This document shows, piece by piece, positions 54,526-64,000 of a stretch of DNA of 64,000 nucleotides. Both the position numbers and the translations under genes were made by a program. The DNA is taken from NCBI GenBank assembly GCA_964016885.1, contig OZ024743.1, positions 357,554,001-357,618,000 of the forward strand. Reading direction: 5' to 3'. Numbering within the stretch: the first letter of the stretch is position 1; every line of letters begins with the position of its first letter. The notes beneath the pieces were generated by a model, which saw only the letters and a program-made list of their open reading frames with translations, ran no database searches and was not told the DNA's origin. Origin of the DNA: Eledone cirrhosa (Eukaryota).

Positions 54526-54734
54526 CCTTCTTACAACTATCATTTCCTAAAACTGATACCATTAAGTAAACATATATAATGCTTTAACTTCAGGTTATGA
54601 CTCTATGTTCCTTGAAAACTATATATATTTATTATTATCTCACTAATAAATTTAATCCCCCCCCCCAATAATTATATGTATATGTAAGTGTGTATGTGTG
54701 TATATATATATATGTATGTATGTATATATGCATG

Positions 54735-54817
<83 letters not shown>

Positions 54818-55537
54818 ATATATATATATATATATGTGTGTATATGTGTGTGTGTATGTGTATATATATGTATATATATATATATATAAGTATATTTATA
54901 TATTAATTTTATATTCTTTTAATTTCCCCTCATCTTTAACAGCACTTTTCAACTGCATCTAACTCTTATTTATCATATCTATATGTATTAGTATAATTTT
55001 ATCAATATAAATATACCCATCAATTAAATTAACTTATATTCTTTTCATAGATGTATTTTTTTCACTAACATTCTTATCGTAAAACTTTAGTCACCTTAGA
55101 TATTTGTATTGGCATTACTATTTCATAACACCAACTGCTTGTATACCTTTTACTGACCACCTGACCTATTTTCACCCCTAAAATAAGCTTCAATTACTAC
55201 TATTTTACCATTTGGCCAATTATTAACTTTCTATTGGTTAATTCTAAACCTCTTACCAAACAGACAGAATATATTAGATCTTTGTTGGTTTTATTCAATG
55301 AACAAATAAAATTATTTCTGAGGTCAGCATAAGACCTATTTCTTCCCTAAAATATTCCTTCATTCATAATATTCTTTTCCATCCAAAACTGAAATCTACC
55401 TTCCTCTACCCATAATTTAAGGTTCTTCTACTACTATATTACTATCTTGACCCTCACTATCTCTCTATTGTCAATTCAAAACCTGTTCCCAAACAGACTT
55501 ATTGTATTGAATCTTTGTTTTTTTCAATAAACAAATA

Positions 55538-55679
55538 TCATTATTTCTGAAGACAGCATATATATGTGTAGGTATGTATATTCCCTCTGATAGTTTGTAT
55601 AAATATTGTACATAGATCTATAGAATATGCATACCAACTCTAACACATATATATCCTAGAAACGATCGTAAAATGATGA
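55538..55679 (+). ncRNA. Type I hammerhead with 105-nt stem II region (mirror ~52547-52688, minus strand)
   Basis: tcattattt CTGAAGA cagc-atatatatgtgt...acacatatatat-ccta GAAAC gatc GTA aaatgatga; 9-bp stem I; palindromic stem III. Confidence 0.8.
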
Positions 55680-55858
55680 ATTTTTTTAATATAAGGAACT
55701 GTTTCTTTGTTTATTCATTATTTCATTAATTTATCTTGACTCTGTTTTCCGTTTATTTTTCACCAAAAATAGTTTTTGAATGCATCTTCTCTTTTGATGA
55801 TATCCGGATTACATTGAGTTCTTCATACGGATTGGACACTACCGTAAACTTTTGGTAG

Positions 55859-55949
<91 letters not shown>

Positions 55950-56253
55950 ACCATATATCCAGAGAAGACACAGTATATTGTATATATACTAAATACGTAT
56001 TACAGAGTAGAACATGTATTCAAGATGGAATCAAGAGAGACCTTATGGCGCCATTTTGTTAATTGTAAACTGTGATTTAAAATCGATCTATGTGAACGGA
56101 TATCGGAGTCTTGACTCATTTTCCATATATATATATATATATATATATATAGGTTTACATATACATATATATAAAGTCATAAATATATATGTGTTTTGCA
56201 ACGGGTCACTTTGTGGCTCAATGAAGAATTAATAAATTAAATAATCAGAGCTC

Positions 56254-56836
56254 TATATCATAAAACATGTCTATATGTAAACCTTTATATGTAATAATCT
56301 CCCGTTAGGTTCAGATACAATTTTGGCTGTATTGGGCTGCGCTTTCTAGCAAAAAGCCTACCAGCCGTAAGCAACTAATCACATCCTTTCTAACTTGACC
56401 GCTGTCACGTCACGATTCTTAGCCATTTTTTAATGTATTCTTGGCGCGATCACTTTGGAAAATTAATTGTCTAAATTTGAGCTAACTTCCTGAAGAATCC
56501 GAAGCTCTAGATATCCAATGTTATCGGATGTCTTAAAATGCGGATGAAACCATGGTAGAGGTAATTAAATATGTACACTTTTCTTCTAGTTTATTTTACA
56601 CCTAATTCTGTTTAGTTGACTGTATATCTGGTCGATTTATACATGCTGTAGAAATATTCGATAAATGATCCGTCGTAGCCGCCGCGGAGGGGCTACTTTC
56701 GGTTATTTGTCGGAGATTTCTTCATAGGAGTCTTTATTCTTATAGCTTGGTCTAATTGATTTTTATGTGGTTAATTATGCTAATTGGGAGAGGAAACGGT
56801 ATATATTTTATCTGGTGATTCTATAGACATGTTTTA

Positions 56837-56843
<7 letters not shown>
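56254..56843. repeat. 22-bp inverted repeat enclosing ~550 bp, ending at (TA)n
   Basis: tatatcataaaacatgtctata / tatagacatgttttatgatata. Confidence 0.75.
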
Positions 56844-56880
<37 letters not shown>

Positions 56881-56890
<10 letters not shown>

Positions 56891-57252
56891 TATATGGAAA
56901 CTATCTTTATAAAACCATATTTATTTGTATTATATATATTTCAAGAGTACCAACATTTTGATACGCTCTCATCAGATAAAATACAAAAGTTGATTTACAG
57001 ATAGTGACATATTCAAACTAGAACTTAATGTTTTGAGTTCTATCTGAATACTATTGTATTTTATCTGATGAGGGCGTACCAAAATGTTGGTACCCTTGAA
57101 ATATATATAATAAAATAAATATGGTTTTATAAAGATAGTTTCCATTTATTAATATTATTGATATTATACTCCAGAAGAATACTGTTGAGTGCTTCTAATC
57201 TGTTATAAACTAAATTTGTTGAATAATCAACAAATCAAATAACTCATTGCTT
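56881..57252 (+). mobile_element. Fold-back PLE end (56881-56986 / 57054-57158) with HHR at 57057-57117 and mirror at 56923-56983
   Basis: tattttat CTGATGA ggg-c-gtacc..ggtac-c-ctt GAAA tatataTA ataaaata; tail homologous to 39039-39125. Confidence 0.85.
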
Positions 57253-57504
57253 ATATATACATATATATATGTACAAGGGAACAAAGTATCAGTGTTGCAA
57301 CATATACATATTTAATTGCATATTACATATGTTTCACTGTCGATCAGCTCGAGGAATGATCAATTAATGATCAATCCTGACTCTGGAATCGGAAGCTCCT
57401 CAGATATGTGTTAACATGTAGACTCGCGTCTAAGAGCGGTTGGATATTTATCCCGATACTTTATTTTATACTGCCACACACTCTGATAAAGGAATGTGTC
57501 ATCG

Positions 57505-57700
57505 TTGTAGGTTTGCATTCGTGCTCTTAGCAGTGGAGACTTCTGGTGTCCTTGACCCTGAGGCTACCTCCCTACTTACCACCATAGGCGCTGAGCTGGC
57601 TAGCCGCAGGTGTGAGCCTCGTGAGATGGAATGGCTCTTCCAGCGAATCTCCCTTATCATCCTCCGGTGAAACGCCTTCTCCATTCTGTCCGCTAGGGCC
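57505..57700 (+). pseudogene. C-terminus of a CRE-like (restriction-like endonuclease) non-LTR element
   Basis: FVLLAVETSGVLDPEATSLL..IG..L..REMEWLFQRISLIILR*NAFSIL resembles the FxPxAxETxG...QRxSxAxxRGNA motif. Confidence 0.65.
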
Positions 57701-58411
57701 ATGGGGCGGCCAGCACATGGGACCCCATTTGCTCATGATACGGGTCTTCCGTGTTCGGACATATTTATCAGTTCTATGCTGCTCTTGATACTTTTACCAA
57801 AACCCACTCCTGTTAAGTTGCATTCGGCCAAATCTCTGTAGGAGGCGGCCTATTACTGTTATTTGTTGGTCAAGTCGACATATCCATTCTTACGTGGCGG
57901 CCAGGCTGCCGGACGACTGCTGTTACATAGTAGAGGAAAATCACCGAATTTATTTCAGTGATTTCCGGTCACGACCCTCTCACTCAATGAGATAATAAGC
58001 TTGCATCTTAAATTACACAGTACACACGTTATAGTTAGTTAATGAGTATTATGGTAGTACTTTGGTAAAGATACCTCCGTATCTGTCTCCTCGACGGATT
58101 CCGTTTCTATGCAATATTCTGCCAATAACAGTTATTAAAAGTGCAATATTAAGAGAATTGCATAATTTCAGATATTATGCAATATTAATAGAATTGCATA
58201 ATATCAGATATTATGCAATCGGGCTATTGCGTTTCATCAGCAGGTAACCCAAACTCAACATTTTGTGAACACTATTGCATAAACAGCCTGCTTCCCGAAT
58301 CTAGAAGTTCAATGCCGTCATGACACGTGATCTCTAAAATAGAGCAGTGAGAAAACCCTGCTGATATATATGCATACATATCTACATGTATACCTACAGA
58401 CACACACACAC

Positions 58412-58484
<73 letters not shown>

Positions 58485-58492
<8 letters not shown>

Positions 58493-58891
58493 TAAACGGA
58501 ATAGAAAATGCTGACAAATTGTTCACAGTTGAAAAATGGTTTAATTAGGAATAAAAGAGTATTAGTGATTGTATGGGTTAGTATTCAGTTGTGGTTTTAA
58601 GTTTTTAAGTTTTTACCGGTTGCGCATTTCTAAATGCTTTTCAAAAATAATTTTGAGATAGAATGTCCGTGCTGTTTGCTCTGATCCGAGATCAGAGCAA
58701 ACAGCACGGACACTCTATCTCAAAATTATTTTTGAAAAGCATTTAGAAATGCGCAACCGGTAAAAACTTAAAAACTTAAAACCACAACTGAATACTAACC
58801 CATACAATCACTAATACTCTTTTATTCCTAATTAAACCATTTTTCAACTGTGAACAATTTGTCAGCATTTTCTATTCCGTTTACCAATATA
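58485..58891. repeat. Near-perfect palindrome: 202-bp arms, 3-nt loop
   Basis: Centre ctgatc-cga-gatcag; one mismatch seen; TA flanks; 36-nt unduplicated tail. Confidence 0.95.
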
Positions 58892-58922
58892 TAATAACTT
58901 GTGTGTTACACCTCTATTCTTT

Positions 58923-58969
<47 letters not shown>

Positions 58970-59039
58970 GACGTAAAATAAGAAAATATTTTTTTTTTTT
59001 TTTAATTTTTAAAAAAATTCTTTACTTACTTAAATTTTC

Positions 59040-60239
59040 ACTCCAACTAATTAGTTTCTGCAATGGGATAAAGACAGTTACGTAATCCAACTGTCGAGAA
59101 TTCATTGCGTCATCACGGAGTCTATTCTCAGTTAAGTCTCCAGGCAATGCGCGGACACTGGCGGCTCATATAAAAATAATAATAATTCGGTAGATCGAAC
59201 AGCTTGCGAGGACTGGATTCTATGTACCGAAATTCTCATTGCTTCAAGTCAAATGGCCGATTCTAAAGAATCAATCACGTGACACAGAGGCTAGTTAGAA
59301 GGAATGGGATGGTAAGATGACTGACGCCTACTAACACCCCAAAAAAAATTTTTTTAGAAGTGGTTTTGGCAAGTTTGCTCGACAAATCAGTGATTTGGAG
59401 ATAAATATAGATAATTTAATATATCAACTAACATAAGCGCACAGATGCACGCCCATGCTAGCAAATACACAGGTTATGTCATAGTACCTAGGTGGTTCAA
59501 TGCAGGAGAATGCAGAACAATAATATAAAGGACGTAAAATAAGAAAATATTTTTTTTAAAAAATTTTTTAAAATATTCTTTACTTACTTAAATTTTCACT
59601 CCAACTAATTAGTTTCTGCAATGGGATAAAGAAAGTTACGTAATCCAACTGTCGAGAATTCATTGCGTCATCACGGAGTCTATTCTCAGTTAAGTCTCCA
59701 GGCAATGCGCGGACACTGGCGGCTCATATAAAAATAATAATAATTCGGTAGATCGAACAGCTTGCGAGGACTGGATTCTATGTACCGAAATTCTCACTGC
59801 TTCAAGTCAAATGGCCGATTCTAAAGAATCAATCACGTGACACAGAGGCTAGTTAGAAGGAATGGGATGGTAAGATGACTGACGCCTACTAACACCCCCA
59901 AAAAATTTTTTTTAGAAGTGGTTTTGGCAAGTTTGCTCGACAAATCAGTGATTTGGAGATAAATATAGATAATTTAATATATCAACTAACATAAGCGCAC
60001 AGATGCACGCCCATGCTAGCAAATACACAGGTTATGTCATAGTACCTAGGTGGTTCAATGCAGGAGAATGCAGAACAATAATATAAAGGACGTAAAATAA
60101 GAAAATATTTTTTTTTTTTTTAATTTTTAAAAAAATTCTTTACTTACTTAAATTTTCACTCCAACTAATTAGTTTCTGCAATGGGATAAAGACAGTTACG
60201 TAATCCAACTGTCGAGAATTCATTGCGTCATCACGGAGT
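59040..60239 (-). ncRNA. Three HHR copies with C3G core change (59040-59121, 59598-59679, 60158-60239)
   Basis: Core reads GTGATGA; otherwise the same as units 4-5 apart from one distal stem II substitution in unit 2. Confidence 0.75.
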
Positions 60240-60717
60240 CTATTCTCAGTTAAGTCTCCAGGCAATGCGCGGACACTGGCGGCTCATATAAAAATAATAA
60301 TAATTCGGTAGATCGAACAGCTTACGAGGACTGGATTCTATGTACCGAAATTCTCACTGCTTCAAGTCAAATGGCCGATTCTAAAGAATCAATCACGTGA
60401 CACAGAGGCTAGTTAGAAGGAATGGGATGGTAAGATGACTGACGCCTACTAACACCCCAAAAAAAATTTTTTTAGAAGTGGTTTTGGCAAGTTTGCTCGA
60501 CAAATCAGTGATTTGGAGATAAATATAGATAATTTAATATATCAACTAACATAAGCGCACAGATGCACGCCCATGCTAGCAAATACACAGGTTATGTCAT
60601 AGTACCTAGGTGGTTCAATGCAGGAGAATACAGAACAATAATATAAAGGACGTAAAATAAGAAAATATTTTTTTTTTTTTAAATTTAAAAAAAAATTCTT
60701 TACTTACTTAAATTTTC

Positions 60718-60799
60718 ACTCCAACTAATTAGTTTCTGCAATGGGATAAAGACAGTTACGTAATCCAACTGTCGAGAATTCATTGCGTCATCAGGGAGT
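60718..60799 (-). ncRNA. Type I hammerhead ribozyme, intact core (array unit 4)
   Basis: actcc CTGATGA c-gcaatg..gacagtt..aactgtc..cattgc-a GAAAC taatta GTT ggagt. Confidence 0.85.
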
Positions 60800-61277
60800 C
60801 TATTCTCAGTTAAGTCTCCAGGCAATGCGCGGACACTGGCGGCTCATATAAAAATAATAATAATTCGGTAGATCGAACAGCTTGCGAGGACTGGATTCTA
60901 TGTACCGAAATTCTCACTGCTTCAAGTCAAATGGCCGATTCTAAAGAATCAATCACGTGACACAGAGGCTAGTTAGAAGGAATGGGATGGTAAGATGACT
61001 GACGCCTACTAACACCCCAAAAAAAATTTTTTTAGAAGTGGTTTTGGCAAGTTTGCTCGACAAATCAGTGATTTGGAGATAAATATAGATAATTTAATAT
61101 ATCAACTAACATAAGCGCACAGATGCACGCCCATGCTAGCAAATACACAGGTTATGTCATAGTACCTAGGTGGTTCAATGCAGGAGAATGCAGAACAATA
61201 ATATAAAGGACGTAAAATAAGAAAATATTTTTTTTTTTTTTAATTTTTAAAAAAATTCTTTACTTACTTAAATTTTC

Positions 61278-61359
61278 ACTCCAACTAATTAGTTTCTGCA
61301 ATGGGATAAAGACAGTTACGTAATCCAACTGTCGAGAATTCATTGCGTCATCAGGGAGT
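61278..61359 (-). ncRNA. Type I hammerhead ribozyme, intact core (array unit 5)
   Basis: Identical to 60718-60799. Confidence 0.85.
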
Positions 61360-61543
61360 CTATTCTCAGTTAAGTCTCCAGGCAATGCGCGGACACTGGC
61401 GGCTCATATAAAAATAATAATAATTCGGTAGATCGAACAGCTTGCGAGGACTGGATTCTATGTACCGAAATTCTCACTGCTTCAAGTCAAATGGCCGATT
61501 CTAAAGAATCAATCACGTGACACAGAGGCTAGTTAGAAGGAAT

Positions 61544-61667
<124 letters not shown>

Positions 61668-61801
61668 AAACGAGAGAGAGAGAGAGAGAGATAGAGCGAG
61701 AGAGATAGACAGAGAGAAAGGTAGAGATTCCCGTGTTGTGTCGGGGCATAACCAGAGTTAAAAAATGTACTCAGTATATGCATCATAAATTATATATAGA
61801 A

Positions 61802-61995
61802 AGGGCGGTGGATTGGCAGTATCGGTAGAGAGTCGGACGCCATGCTTTCCAACATAGTTACGTCCCTTTACAGTCTGAGTTCAAATCCCGCCGAGGTTAA
61901 ATTTGCCATTCATCCCTACGAGGTCGATAAAATAAAGTACCAGTAATGCATTGGGATAATTGCTGGCCTTGTGCGAAAAAGTAGAAACAATTATT
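61802..61995 (+). mobile_element. SINE family A, full length
   Basis: gggcggtggattggcagtatcgg...gtagaaacaattatt. Confidence 0.93.
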
Positions 61996-61996
61996 A

Positions 61997-62082
61997 TATA
62001 TAGAAATGACTTCCACATGACTAGAACTGATGACTTCATACGACTGAAACAGTTGTAGTCCTGTAGAAGTCATTTCTATATA
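61997..62082 (+). repeat. Miniature fold-back (33-bp arms) around an HHR-like core
   Basis: tatagaaatgacttc..gactagaactg / cagttgtagtc..gaagtcatttctata, with CTGATGA..GAAAC agtt GTA in the middle. Confidence 0.65.
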
Positions 62083-62300
62083 TATAATATATATATATGT
62101 ACATATGTACATATATATATATACACACACACACATATATTTACGTAAGTTTGCTTTGAAACAGCAAGTGAGTTTGAAATAGAAAATAGGTTTCGCCGTA
62201 TTTTTTTTTACTAAAGAAATTTTAGCCTGATAGTGGGGTTTAGAACCCTCTAAGAAATGGAAAAAAGATGAATATTGATATACTCATCTTAATTTCTATA

Positions 62301-62482
<182 letters not shown>

Positions 62483-62707
62483 CATACATATATATATATA
62501 TTTTTGAAAGCAGTGATTTCTTTGCATAAACTTTAATCTGTTATTTTAATAAATATTTGCTCTAAGGTTCTTATATATTTGATATATATTTATCCTTATC
62601 GAGCGCTCTTTCGATTTGAGTCTTCAAATTTATTATTATTACTATATATATATATATATTAAGAGAGTAAAACAAAGAATCCTTTAATACATCAAAGGTT
62701 TTTATTA

Positions 62708-62745
62708 GCCGACAATGTTTCGTCCTATTAAGGACTCATCAGGGC
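62708..62745 (-). ncRNA. Canonical minimal type I hammerhead ribozyme
   Basis: gcc CTGATGA gtcc-ttaata-ggac GAAAC att GTC ggc; ~50 nt from (TA)n, at the end of an AT-rich segment running off the window. Confidence 0.85.
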
Positions 62746-63549
62746 AATCAAAACAACAAGAGGTAATATAGGCAGATACAAGCCAGAAACTCTGAAGAAT
62801 ATGGAGTGTACATACACTAATGTCTTACAAAAATATATGATAATAAAAATGAAAATAAAGATAAAAATAATAAAAATATATAATAAGAATAACTAAGGAT
62901 GTAGATAACATTAAGAACCATATTACAAATATAGTCCAAAGCAACTAACCTAAATCTAAACAAATTTGGTTATATAGAGCAGGAATTATATATAACACAA
63001 TATAATACATTATAATAATAATATACTTTTACCAACATTAAAATTCCAAATTAAAAATCAAAAGGTACAATATATACATGTATATATGTGCGCGCACACA
63101 CACACACATATATAACAACACACACATCTATGTTCCACTACACAAAAATTAAGCCCTATTAGAAGTTTGAATATTAAAAATAAGCATGATAAGAGTGAAA
63201 ATAATACTAATACATCTACACAATATACATGAGGCAATAATATGATATAATTACAAGAAACACATATAACAAATAATAAACAACAAAATTATATAATTCA
63301 ATATAATATAATAAAATAGATAATCCCCGGTTAATTTACAGAAACAATATAGATGTCACAATAAAATACAATGATAAACCGTTAACAGTGTACTAACATT
63401 TACCATAAACAATATATACAAATTGATTGATACTGGGTTACAGAATAAATGAGGAAAAATAAATTATATAATACTCAAAAAAACTATAATGGTACAGGGA
63501 AAAATTATGATGTTATAGAAAAAAATATGATGTTACAGAAAAAAATATA

Positions 63550-63727
63550 CAGACATCTAACATGATATGTAAAGTCTAAATATCATAATGTTACATATAA
63601 TGAACAGTAAGTAATAAGGATCAATATTACAATATTACAAAAATCCAGACATCTTACATGATATATAAAGTTTAAATATCATAATGTTACATATAATGAA
63701 CAGTAAGTAATAAGGATCAATATTACA
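63550..63727. repeat. ~96-bp tandem duplication
   Basis: cagacatct.acatgatat.taaagt.taaatatcataatg...caatattaca occurs twice. Confidence 0.85.
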
Positions 63728-64000
63728 TACAATATAATATAATATATTATAAATTGGCATAAAATATATAAATACTTATAATTACAAGGTTAGTAGACAG
63801 ACATATGTGGATGAGTGAGCGAAGCCAGACAGTGAATAGTAAATAGAATATAGAATAAAACAAATAAATACAATCAACCGGAAATTACAAAACAAAAGCA
63901 AATATATACACACTTAGGCCTCGCGTGCATTTAAGAAATTAGGTAAACACTAAGGAAAGCAATCATTTTAATTGACTCCAAACCCTATTTGATAAATTAA

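Larger units (their letters stand above)
52494..55862 (+). mobile_element. Penelope-like insertion with ~1.2-kb inverted arms around a GIY-YIG ORF; left arm interrupted by a later insertion
   Basis: 52494-53470 plus 53780-53953 mirror 54546-55732; ~130-nt tail to 55862; HHR in both arms; TA flanks. Confidence 0.9.

Overview
AT-rich, microsatellite-saturated animal genomic DNA with no recognisable host exon. The SINE, Helitron and Penelope content resembles an octopus/cephalopod genome (inference). Nearly all ORFs in the track are (TA)n/(CA)n/(CAC)n artefacts. The real content is transposon-derived: about 18 copies of a tRNA-headed SINE, decayed Tx1/L1-, RTE- and CRE-like LINE pieces, non-autonomous Helitrons, a hAT MITE, and many Penelope-like element (PLE) 3' ends inserted in (TA)n tracts. 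Main result: a hammerhead ribozyme (HHR) system read by eye. (i) A 560-bp x ~4.6 tandem array (58965-61548) carries one type I HHR per unit on the minus strand, i.e. a candidate retrozyme / circular-RNA template. (ii) More than a dozen other HHR or HHR-remnant motifs from several families have palindromic stem III and often a very long stem II. (iii) Many of these sit in fold-back insertions whose inverted arm starts at a family-specific fixed point next to (TA)n. Some enclose a GIY-YIG endonuclease remnant with no linked reverse transcriptase. All structures were derived manually; nothing was computed or searched.
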